From: Clostridiales bacterium
GTDB taxonomy: Bacteria > Bacillota > Clostridia > Oscillospirales > Oscillospiraceae
Direction of reading: 5' to 3'
Assembly (NCBI GenBank): GCA_004556205.1
Contig: SFIL01000016.1
Span: 3,898-67,897, forward strand
Length of the DNA: 64,000 bases
The notes under the pieces were generated by a model that was not told where the DNA came from, searched no databases, and saw only the letters and a program-made list of their open reading frames with translations. Both the position numbers and the translations under genes were made by a program. Shown piece by piece: positions 1 to 8,450 of the stretch (its first letter is position 1; each line of letters begins with the position of its first letter).

Positions 1-127
1 GCCCCATAATGACGGTTTTCCCCTCCGTCAGCTTGCGGAAACGGCGCAGATCGGCAGAAATCGACACAAGCAGTCGGTTTTCCAGCCCGATCCCCCAATT
101 CTCTGTAACATTGACAACAGCGTCCAT
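1..127 (-). CDS. folA: dihydrofolate reductase, 5' part (runs off the window)
   Basis: Manual translation from ATG at 127: MDAVVNVTENWGIGLENRLLVSISADLRRFRKLTEGKTVIMG, a typical DHFR N-terminus; AAAGGA RBS; directly downstream of thyA. Confidence 0.9.
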   Translation of the reverse strand, partial: MDAVVNVTENWGIGLENRLLVSISADLRRFRKLTEGKTVIMG

Positions 128-187
128 AATGCGCTTCCTTTCTGCAAACCTCAACAGGGGTTGCCAAACTTTTGTCCCTGATCGTTT

Positions 188-282
188 GGATTGCCACGAC
201 CCCTTCGGAGTCTCGCAATGACACGGAAGACTGTCCGATTTGTCATTGCGAAGCCAGTGCGCACACTGGCTGTGGCAATCTC
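188..282. repeat. inverted pair of REP-like units (family A, TGTCATTGCG...GTGGCAATC)
   Basis: Units at 188-223 (minus) and 241-282 (plus); same family recurs throughout the window. Confidence 0.85.
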
Positions 283-298
283 ATGCCGTCAGCCGGCA

Positions 299-1129
299 TC
301 AGACTGCGACGGGAATTTTCTCCCGAAATTCGTGATATTGATAGTTTTCAAGGCGGAAATCGTCTACGGTAAATTGATAAAAATCCTTCACTTTTTGGTT
401 TACATAAAATTTTGGCGCAGGCAGCGGTTCGTTTTGCAGCATTTTCTCGACCAGCGGCACATGGCGGTCATAGATATGGCAGTCCGCAATCACGTGTACC
501 AGCTCGCCTGCCTGCAGACCGCTGACCTGTGCGAGCATATGCACAAGCACGGCATACTGCACGACATTCCAGTTATTTGCCGTGAGCATATCCTGCGAAC
601 GCTGATTCAAGATGGCGTTGAGTGTGTTGCCGCTGACATTGAAGGTCATGGAATAGGCGCAGGGATAGAGCGCCATATCATGTAAATCCTCAAAATTATA
701 GAGATTCGTCAGAATTCTGCGGCTGGCAGGGTTGTTTTTTAGATCATACAGCACGCGGTCCACCTGATCGAATTCCCCCTCGGGATAGCGGTGCTTGACG
801 CCGAGCTGATAGCCGTAGGCCTTGCCGATGGAGCCGTTCTCATCCGCCCAGCTGTCCCAGACATGACTGCCGAGGTCGCGGACATTGTTTGACTTCTTCT
901 GCCAGATCCACAACAGCTCGTCCACGCAGGAGCGGAAGTAGGTACGGCGCAGGGTCATAATGGGGAATTCCTCGCGCAGATCATAGCGGTTCACAATGCC
1001 GAAGCACTTGACCGTGTGCGCGGGCGTGCCGTCCTGCCAGCGAGGACGCACGGCACGGTCGGTGTCCCAAACGCCCTCGGAAAGAATTTTTTCGCAGGTT
1101 TCGCGGTATAAAATATCCGCCTTGCTCAT
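299..1129 (-). CDS. thyA: thymidylate synthase
   Basis: ELLWIW, SRR, catalytic LYPCA, NQRSQD and DCHIY motifs; 276 aa. Confidence 0.97.
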   Translation of the reverse strand: MSKADILYRETCEKILSEGVWDTDRAVRPRWQDGTPAHTVKCFGIVNRYDLREEFPIMTLRRTYFRSCVDELLWIWQKKSNNVRDLGSHVWDSWADENGSIGKAYGYQLGVKHRYPEGEFDQVDRVLYDLKNNPASRRILTNLYNFEDLHDMALYPCAYSMTFNVSGNTLNAILNQRSQDMLTANNWNVVQYAVLVHMLAQVSGLQAGELVHVIADCHIYDRHVPLVEKMLQNEPLPAPKFYVNQKVKDFYQFTVDDFRLENYQYHEFREKIPVAV

Positions 1130-1219
1130 CTTGCCTCACCTCGGAAAAAGCATACCAAATTCCCCGTCGCTTGTCAACGGCAGAAAACGGAGCGCCGTTC
1201 TCGGCGCTCCGCAAAGGTT

Positions 1220-1729
1220 TTACTTTCTCTTAATTTCCTGCAGCAGTTCGACGGTCTTTGCGGTGTTCATTGCGATGCTGCGCAGATTCGTCGCGTTATT
1301 CAGCGCGATCATGCCGCCTGCGACAACAATGAACGCAGTCAGAACACTGCTTAAGATGCACAGAATACCATACAGTTCGCCGTCGCGGTAATCAAACATC
1401 TTTATGCCATACACCAAACCGGTAATGACGATACCGGCAAAAATGATCCAAAGGATCACGCGCATAAAGACGATCCAGCCCATACCCTTGCCGGTCTTGC
1501 CGCTGAATTCATAGCTCGGTGCAGCGGGCTGCTGGGGATAAACGGGCGGGACATAGCTCGGACTGACCGGCGGAGTGCCGATCGGTGCAGTGTAAGGCTG
1601 CTGCGCGGACGTATGCTGCTGAGTGTCCTGCGGCACGGCGTCACCTTTTGTCGAGGTGCCGCAGTAGGGGCAGAAAGCTTCTTCACCGTTAATGATCTTA
1701 CCGCAGCCGCTACAGGGAATCATTTTCAT
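1220..1729 (-). CDS. zinc-ribbon membrane protein (CxxC...CxxC, Pro/Gln-rich linker, 2 TM helices)
   Basis: CSGC...CPYCG at N-terminus and two hydrophobic segments; GAGGT RBS before ATG 1729. Confidence 0.75.
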   Translation of the reverse strand: MKMIPCSGCGKIINGEEAFCPYCGTSTKGDAVPQDTQQHTSAQQPYTAPIGTPPVSPSYVPPVYPQQPAAPSYEFSGKTGKGMGWIVFMRVILWIIFAGIVITGLVYGIKMFDYRDGELYGILCILSSVLTAFIVVAGGMIALNNATNLRSIAMNTAKTVELLQEIKRK

Positions 1730-1874
1730 CGTTACTACCTCACTTTTTTTAATTTGGCTTTCCCTCATTTTTTATAATGTCCGAATTCCATGAAGAACGG
1801 CTGAAAAGACCATTGTTTTTGGAATTACACGGCAAAACCGTGCTGAACAAGCCGCAAGGCGGCTGATTCATTAG

Positions 1875-1948
1875 GGAGCCTCTGAACAAATCGGCGGCGC
1901 TCAGCGGATCTTTTGCCGACCGCTCTTACAGATTGATTCAGAGCTTCC
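1875..1948. mobile_element. 74-bp MITE with IS5-like ends and TTAG target duplication (family C)
   Basis: Imperfect TIR GGAGCCTCTGAACAAATC / GATTGATTCAGAGCTTCC; TTAG at 1871-1874 and 1949-1952. Confidence 0.7.
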
Positions 1949-1965
1949 TTAGACATTATAATTAA

Positions 1966-1995
1966 ATTATAAGTATAAGAGGCAGTCCGTGTCAA
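1966..1995 (-). promoter_or_regulatory. sigma-A-type promoter of the zinc-ribbon gene
   Basis: TTGACA-18 bp-TATAAT on the minus strand. Confidence 0.5.
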
Positions 1996-2072
1996 GAGGT
2001 TGTTTTACCGTATTTCACCGTCTCGCGCGCAGCAGAGCTCCCTGCAGGCAGCCGTTTTTTTTCAAAAAATAA

Positions 2073-2084
2073 CCCCCATGGGGG
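2073..2084. promoter_or_regulatory. CCCCCATGGGGG palindrome, candidate CsoR/RcnR-family operator
   Basis: Perfect C5-AT-G5 palindrome just upstream of an extended -10 (TGtTACAAT, 2106-2114). Confidence 0.35.
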
Positions 2085-2145
2085 CTTAAAATGCGCGGTT
2101 TGGGCTGTTACAATGATGGCATACAAAGAAAGAGAGGTACAACTT

Positions 2146-3204
2146 ATGCACATGGCAGACGCGTTGTTGGCTCCTGCGGTCGCCGCGACAATGTATGTCG
2201 CCTCCGGCGTGACGGTCGGTGCCTCCGTCCGCTCGCTGCGGAAGGATGAAAACACCGCGAAGCTCCCCACAATGGCAGTCGCCTCGGCGCTTGTTTTTGC
2301 GGGACAGATGATCAACTATACCATTCCCGGCACAGGCTCGTCGGGGCATCTCTGCGGCGGTATGCTGCTATCCGCCCTGCTCGGACCGCAGGCGGGATTT
2401 TTGTCCATGGTCGTCATTTTGGCGATCCAAGCGCTGTTCTTTGCCGACGGCGGCTTACTTGCCCTCGGCGCGAACTGTTGGAATATGGCGTTCTACGGCT
2501 GTTTTTTCGGCTATTACCTGATTTGGCGTCCGATCCTGCGCAGCAAATCCGGCTCAAGGGCGGCGACGCGCGTGAAGATCATTCTCGCTTCCATCCTCGG
2601 TTGTATCGTCACACTGCAGCTCGGTGCGTTTTCCGTCGTGCTGGAAACGACGCTCTCCGGCATTACGGAGCTGCCCTTCGGCGCGTTCGTCGGCGTTATG
2701 CAGCCCATCCATCTTGCCATCGGTCTGGTTGAGGGCTTGATCACCGCCGTCGTGCTGCTGTTCGTTTATGAGGCGCGTCCGGAGCTTCTGACGGAGGTCA
2801 ACACCGCCGAAGTCAAAAACAAGTGCTCACTCAAAACCACGCTGATCGTCTTGGCGGTCGCAGTCGCGGTCATCGGCGGCGGACTGAGCTTGCTCGCAAG
2901 CTCGAATCCCGACGGCTTGGAGTGGTCAATGTTCGGCAACGCCGAGGCGGGCTACAGTGAAAACATGGGACTTGACGAGGAGAACTACGGCGTCTCAGGC
3001 AAGGCGGCGGATACCGCTGCCGCGATTCAGGAAAAGACAGCCTTGATGCCGGACTACGCTTTTGCAAACAGCGACAGTCCCGCAGGCACAAGCACGGCCG
3101 GCTTGGTCGGCTCCGCCATTGTCGCAGGCACTGCCGCGCTGATCTGCCTTGTAGGCGGCTTCTTCCGAAAGAAAAAACGGGCTGCAAAAATCAAGAATTC
3201 ATGA
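2146..3204 (+). CDS. cbiM: ECF-type Ni/Co transporter substrate component, CbiM/NikM fused to a PDGLE (NikN) domain
   Basis: N-terminal MHMAD metal-binding start, GSSGHL, FADGG and C-terminal SSNPDGLEWS; RBS AGAGGT. Confidence 0.9.
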   Translation: MHMADALLAPAVAATMYVASGVTVGASVRSLRKDENTAKLPTMAVASALVFAGQMINYTIPGTGSSGHLCGGMLLSALLGPQAGFLSMVVILAIQALFFADGGLLALGANCWNMAFYGCFFGYYLIWRPILRSKSGSRAATRVKIILASILGCIVTLQLGAFSVVLETTLSGITELPFGAFVGVMQPIHLAIGLVEGLITAVVLLFVYEARPELLTEVNTAEVKNKCSLKTTLIVLAVAVAVIGGGLSLLASSNPDGLEWSMFGNAEAGYSENMGLDEENYGVSGKAADTAAAIQEKTALMPDYAFANSDSPAGTSTAGLVGSAIVAGTAALICLVGGFFRKKKRAAKIKNS

Positions 3205-3212
3205 TATACTGA

Positions 3213-3249
3213 CAGAGCCGTCCGCCGGACGGCTCTGCTTTCCGTTTTT
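3213..3249 (+). terminator. intra-operon hairpin or terminator after cbiM
   Basis: 11-bp stem CAGAGCCGTCC/GGACGGCTCTG followed by a T-rich tract. Confidence 0.55.
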
Positions 3250-3328
3250 CTTGTAAGGCGGTGACATTTACCCGCAACCGCGCAGCGGCAGACAGTCAAT
3301 TTTGTGCGTGCTTGGTAGTTCCTGCACA

Positions 3329-3422
3329 GGATTGCCGCGTCGCTGTGCTCCTCGCAATGACATAACAGGCTGCCCTAATTTGTCATTGCGAAACCAGTGC
3401 ACACACTGGTTGTGGCAATCTC
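3329..3422. repeat. inverted pair of family A REP-like units
   Basis: Units at 3329-3362 (minus) and 3381-3422 (plus). Confidence 0.85.
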
Positions 3423-3474
3423 GTGAAAGCACTTTCTCCTGAAAAAGCAAAACGCAGATAAAGGAATCTAACTT

Positions 3475-4278
3475 ATGGACAAACTCTCTCACGCGCAGGC
3501 GGAGCTGCGGGAAATGGACGCCTTGGCTGCCGAAGCCTCCCCGCTGCACCGCCTGCACCCGCTGTGCAAGCTGCTTATTACGGCGGTCTATATTGTCACG
3601 CTTGTGTCCTTCCCCAAATACGCGCTGTTCCCACTCGCGGTGATGGCGCTGTTTCCCGTCGTGCTGTATCAAATTGCGGGGATTCCCATGCGGCTGTGCT
3701 TTCGCAAGTTGCGGTTTGTCCTGCCGCTCGTGTGCGCGGTCGGACTGATCAATCCTTTTTTGGATCACACGCCGCTGTTTTTGCTCGGCAATGTTACGGT
3801 CACGGGCGGCATCGTCTCGATGCTGACGCTGATGGGCAAGGGCATCTTAGCCCTGACGGCGTCCTTCCTGCTGATTGCCACGACACCAATCGACTCGCTC
3901 TGCGCCGCTCTGCGGAAGCTGCATATCCCTGCGATTCTAACGACCCTGCTTCTCTTGACCTATCGCTATATCGGTCTGATGATAGAGGAGGTCTCCGTCA
4001 TGTCGCAGGCGTATGCGCTGCGCGCGCCCGGGCAGAGGGGCATTCACATTTCGGCTTGGGGCTCTTTTTTGGGGCAGCTCCTGCTGCGGAGTATCGACCG
4101 CGCGACTGAGCTGTATCACGCCATGCTCCTGCGCGGCTTTCAGGGTAATTTCTTTTACGCCGAGGTACCGCCGTGCAAGCTGTCGGGCGCTGTCGCAACT
4201 GCTGCCTGCATCGCGGCAATTCTCTGCGCAAGATTTGTAGATATTACCGGGCTTTTGGGAAGCCTCTTTGTGAGGTGA
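3475..4278 (+). CDS. cbiQ: ECF transporter T component (CbiQ)
   Basis: LHRLHPLCKL, LTYRYI, ALRAPG and AMLLRGF motifs; operon context. Confidence 0.92.
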   Translation: MDKLSHAQAELREMDALAAEASPLHRLHPLCKLLITAVYIVTLVSFPKYALFPLAVMALFPVVLYQIAGIPMRLCFRKLRFVLPLVCAVGLINPFLDHTPLFLLGNVTVTGGIVSMLTLMGKGILALTASFLLIATTPIDSLCAALRKLHIPAILTTLLLLTYRYIGLMIEEVSVMSQAYALRAPGQRGIHISAWGSFLGQLLLRSIDRATELYHAMLLRGFQGNFFYAEVPPCKLSGAVATAACIAAILCARFVDITGLLGSLFVR

Positions 4279-4283
4279 GCGGA

Positions 4284-5024
4284 ATGATCGAATTTCGGAA
4301 GGTATCGTTTTCCTATGACGGGGAGCGCCCCGTCGTTGAAAATCTGTCCTTTACAATCGAAAAGGGCGAGAGTGTCGGACTGATCGGCGCGAACGGCGCC
4401 GGCAAATCGACCCTGATGAAGCTGCTGCTCGGTCTGCTCAGCGGCACGGGTGAAATCCTTATAGACGGCTTGCCGGTGACAAAGAAGAATCTCCCCTCCA
4501 TCCGTCAGAAGCTCGGCTTCGTCCTGCAGGATTCGGACAATCAGATGTTCATGCCGACGGTCTACGAGGACATGATCTTTGGGCCGCGCAACTACGGACT
4601 TTCCAAAGACGAGGCGGAGCGCCGCGTGGACGAGGTGCTCTCACAGCTCAACCTGACTTCGTTGAAGCACCGACACAATCACAAGCTCTCAGGCGGCGAA
4701 AAGCGCATGGCAGCCATCGCTACCATTCTTGCCATGCAGCCGGAGGCAATTTTGATGGACGAGCCGTCCACTGCCCTTGACCCCGTCAACCGCCGCACCG
4801 TCATCCGCACCGTGAACGCCCTGCCGCAGACGAAGCTGATCGCCTCGCACGATCTCGACATGATCCTCGACACCTGCGACCGCGTGATTCTGCTCGCAAA
4901 CGGCAAAATCGCCGCTGACGGCAAAGCGGATGTTCTCCTGCGCGACCAAGCCCTCCTCGAAGCCAACCGCATGGAGCTTCCCTTCTGCCTGCAGGGGTAT
5001 CATGGGAAGCAAAACGACACCTGA
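4284..5024 (+). CDS. cbiO: ECF transporter ATPase (CbiO)
   Basis: Walker A GANGAGKST, LSGGEKR, MDEP, SHD; start at MIEF after GAGGTG. Confidence 0.92.
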   Translation: MIEFRKVSFSYDGERPVVENLSFTIEKGESVGLIGANGAGKSTLMKLLLGLLSGTGEILIDGLPVTKKNLPSIRQKLGFVLQDSDNQMFMPTVYEDMIFGPRNYGLSKDEAERRVDEVLSQLNLTSLKHRHNHKLSGGEKRMAAIATILAMQPEAILMDEPSTALDPVNRRTVIRTVNALPQTKLIASHDLDMILDTCDRVILLANGKIAADGKADVLLRDQALLEANRMELPFCLQGYHGKQNDT

Positions 5025-5039
5025 ATTCTATTGAATCGC

Positions 5040-5071
5040 AAAAAGGCAGCCGCAAGCACGGCTGCCTTTTT
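5040..5071. terminator. bidirectional rho-independent terminator
   Basis: AAAAAGGCAGCCG-loop-CGGCTGCCTTTTT between convergent genes. Confidence 0.8.
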
Positions 5072-5093
5072 CGTATTTCATTTTTGGGGAATA

Positions 5094-5504
5094 TTACAGA
5101 TATGCCTTCATCGCTTCGGTAGCCTTGGCGGGGTCTTCGGAGACAACGATGGTAAAGGAGAGGTCGTTCGCCTTGCCGAATTTATCGCACCACAGGACAA
5201 AATCCTCCACATCCGCGACGGTCGCGTTCTCAATAAGCTTATAGAAGCTGTCGATAAAGATGTGGCTGATGTCGAAATTACCCGCGTGCAGGCCGCTGAT
5301 AAAGCCCTTCAGGAAGGGCAGCGAGCCCATCATGTATTCCTGATAGTCGATCAGGCGGACGCGGATGTCAATATCATAACGCAGCTTGGTACCCTTCTCG
5401 ATGCAGACCATGCTGCCGGTCTCGTTCTTCACGGATTCGTTGATGTCTTGGATCAACTGCTTGGTTTTACCGGAACCTTTCAGTCCCATGATAAGCTTGA
5501 CCAT
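5094..5504 (-). CDS. small conserved P-loop protein of unknown function
   Basis: N-terminal GLKGSGKT Walker A-like motif; AAAGGAGG RBS; 136 aa. Confidence 0.8.
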   Translation of the reverse strand: MVKLIMGLKGSGKTKQLIQDINESVKNETGSMVCIEKGTKLRYDIDIRVRLIDYQEYMMGSLPFLKGFISGLHAGNFDISHIFIDSFYKLIENATVADVEDFVLWCDKFGKANDLSFTIVVSEDPAKATEAMKAYL

Positions 5505-5636
5505 AGGAAATTCCTCCTTTGAATTGGTAATTCTATTGTATCAAGTTTTTCCCGATTTTGCAAGCACGTGGGAAATTTTTACAAAATATCCATATCCGCC
5601 ATTCTGCGCAATGGCACGGAAAAGGCAACCCTTATT

Positions 5637-5735
5637 TGTCATTGCGGGACCAGTGCGCACACCGGTCGTGGTAGCGCAGCCGTTCGCGAGAAACGAGCGT
5701 TACGGATGCGGCATACCCCTTGCGGGTGCAATCTC
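5637..5735 (+). repeat. family A REP-like unit carrying the 57-nt nested module (5672-5728)
   Basis: TGTCATTGCG...GTGG[57 nt]CAATCTC. Confidence 0.85.
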
Positions 5736-5752
5736 GTATAGGTATTTACGAA

Positions 5753-6957
5753 TCAATAGCCGGGCTTGCCGAGGAGCTTGAACATATTCTTCTTATAGAA
5801 CTCCACGCCGGGCTGGTTGAACGGATTCACGCCGAGCATATACGCCGAAATACCGCAAGACAGCTCGAAGAAGTAGAACAGCTCGCCAAGGGTGTCCGCG
5901 TCAACCTCATCGGTCTGCAGCACCATGACGGGAACGCCGCCGTCCACGTGGGCGCTCAGCGTGCCTTGGAACGCCTGCTCCTCGACGAAATCAAGCGTCT
6001 TGCCCTCTAAGTAATTCAGGCCGTCGAGATTCTTCCAATCGACCTCAATGGAGGTCTTCTTACGCGGCGGTGTGAAGCGGACAACCGTCTCAAACAGGTT
6101 GCGCTCGCCCTGCTGGATCATCTGACCGAGGGAGTGCAGGTCTGCGGTAAATTCCGCAGTCGCGGGGAAGATGCCCTTGCCGTCCTTGCCCTCGCTCTCG
6201 CCGAAGAGCTGCTGCCACCAGCCCGCGAAATAGCGGAAGCTCGGCTCATAGCAGCACAGCATCTTCTCGCACGCGCCGCGCCGAGCATGACATCAACGGG
6301 GTTGATGCCCGCGACCGCCATCGGCAGCAGACCGACCGCCGTCAGCACGCTGTAGCGTCCGCCGACATCGGGCGGAATGACGAAGGTTTCGTAGCCCTCC
6401 TCCGTCGCCATCTGCCGCAGAGCACCCTTTGCAGGGTCGGTGGTGACATAGATGCGCTTCTTCGCCTTTTCCGCGCCGTACTTCCGCTCAAGCATCCAGC
6501 GCAGGGCGCGGGTCGCGATGGCAGGCTCGGTCGTCGTGCCGGACTTGGAAATGATGTTGATGGAGAAATCCTTGCCCTCCAGCAGCGCGCACAGCTCCTG
6601 CCACGCGCGAGTGGAAAGATTGTTGCCCGCAAAGAATACCTGCGGGTCGCCGCTGCGGAGATTGTGGTTTTGTCCCTTGACCAGCTCAATGGCAGCGCGC
6701 GGTCCCAAATAGGAGCCGCCGATGCCTACGACCACGAAAATGTCGGAGTCGGAGCGGATCCTCTCTGCCGCACGGCGGATGCGGCGCATCTCGTCCGTCT
6801 CCTCGAAGGTCGGCAGATTCAGCCAGCCGAGGAAGTCGTTGCCGGGGCCCTTGCCGTCAACAAGAAGCTTGTGTGCGTTGAATACCTCCTGCTCCGTCGC
6901 AAGCAGGTCAGGCAGGGACAGATCGCCCCATACGTTGGAAATATCCAGTTTGATCAT
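5753..6957 (-). pseudogene. pgi: glucose-6-phosphate isomerase, split by an internal deletion with frameshift near 6265 (possible assembly artefact)
   Basis: N-half has GIGGSYLG, SKSGTTTE, DVGGRYS; C-half has [26 protein letters not shown]; the halves are in different frames and the linking segment is absent. Confidence 0.9.
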
Positions 6958-7104
6958 GTACGAAGTCTCCTTCCTATCGATTTGCTTTTTTATTATCGTA
7001 CATCAAAACAGCGAAAAACTCAATACAATATTGGAAAAAGTTTGGGTGGAAATCCTCTTTCCGATCGTGTATAATGGCAGCAGACAGAAAGGATGTGCTT
7101 TTTT

Positions 7105-8040
7105 ATGAAATACGGTTTTGGTGTGGACGTCGGCGGCACGACCGTCAAGCTCGGTCTGTTCGACGAGACAGGCGTACTGCTGGATAAGCGCGAGATTCCA
7201 ACCCATACGGAAAACGGCGGTGAACGAATCCTGCCCGACATTGCCGCGGCGATCGACACGGTTTTGCTGGAAAAGGGCATTGACAAAAGCGCCGTGACAG
7301 GTGTCGGCATCGGCGTGCCGGGACCGATCAACGACGAGGGTGTTGTCAATCGCTGTGTCAACCTCAACTGGGGTGTGTTTAACCTGCATGATACCCTCGG
7401 CGCGCTCACCGGTCTGCGCGTCAAGGGCGGCAACGACGCCAACTGCGCCGCGCTCGGCGAGGCGTGGAAGGGCGGCGGCGCGGGCAGCCGTTCGTCTCTG
7501 TTCGTCACCCTCGGTACGGGCGTCGGCGGCGGCGTGATTATAAACGGAAAAATCCTCGGCGGCGCGCACGGCGTCGGCGGCGAGATCGGGCATATCACCG
7601 TCAGCGCGCCTGACAAGCATCCCTGCACCTGCGGCAAGCGCGGCTGCGTCGAGCAGTACGCCTCCGCGACGGGCATTGTCCGCATGACCAAGGAGCGCCT
7701 TGCAGAAAGTGAAACACCCTCCGTCCTGCGCGGCGTTGAAAATCTGACCTGTAAAGAAATTTTTGATGCGGCAAAGGCGGGCGATACGCTTGCGTTTGAG
7801 ACGCTTGAACAGGTCTTTGACTATCTCGGCGAGGCGCTTGCCTCGGCGTGCTGCGTCTGCGATCCCGAGCGCATTATCCTCGGCGGCGGCGTATCAAAGG
7901 CCGGAGAATACCTGCTGGACGGCGCGGCACAGCACTTTGAAAAGCATATGTTCCACGCCTGCAAGGGCACGGAGTTCTCGCTCGCGACACTCGGCAATGA
8001 CGCGGGTATGTACGGCGCATACCGCCTGATTGCAGAATGA
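7105..8040 (+). CDS. ROK-family glucokinase
   Basis: GVDVGGT, NDANCAALGE, GTGVGGG, GEIGH and CTCGKRGCVE motifs. Confidence 0.92.
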   Translation: MKYGFGVDVGGTTVKLGLFDETGVLLDKREIPTHTENGGERILPDIAAAIDTVLLEKGIDKSAVTGVGIGVPGPINDEGVVNRCVNLNWGVFNLHDTLGALTGLRVKGGNDANCAALGEAWKGGGAGSRSSLFVTLGTGVGGGVIINGKILGGAHGVGGEIGHITVSAPDKHPCTCGKRGCVEQYASATGIVRMTKERLAESETPSVLRGVENLTCKEIFDAAKAGDTLAFETLEQVFDYLGEALASACCVCDPERIILGGGVSKAGEYLLDGAAQHFEKHMFHACKGTEFSLATLGNDAGMYGAYRLIAE

Positions 8041-8450
8041 ACAGCTTGTTTCATCCCGAAATGACACCCGCGCAGGTGAACGCCATGTCCGCGCTCGCCC
8101 TTGCGCACATCGGCGACGCGGTGTTTGAACTGCTCGTGCGCACAAAACTGTGTGTCAGCGGCGGCAAGACCAACGGGCGTCTGCATCATGACACAATCGC
8201 GAGGGTGTGCGCGCCCGCGCAGGCGGTAGTTGCCGAGCGTCTTTTTCCTTTGCTCACCGAGGAGGAAACAGCGTTCTATCGCCGAGGAAAAAACAGTCAT
8301 ACTCACGCGATTCCCAAAAATGCCACACACGCGCAATATGCAAGGGCGACGGGACTTGAGACGCTGTTCGGCGCGCTTTGGCTGCTCGGCAGACAGGAAC
8401 GCGTAGAAGCGCTGTTCGCCGCCGCTACGGAGGAAGACTATGCCCTTTGA
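8037..8450 (+). CDS. mrnC: Mini-ribonuclease III
   Basis: LAHIGDAVFEL, RRGKN, ATGLETLFG; ATGA overlap with the ROK gene. Confidence 0.9.
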   Translation: MNSLFHPEMTPAQVNAMSALALAHIGDAVFELLVRTKLCVSGGKTNGRLHHDTIARVCAPAQAVVAERLFPLLTEEETAFYRRGKNSHTHAIPKNATHAQYARATGLETLFGALWLLGRQERVEALFAAATEEDYAL

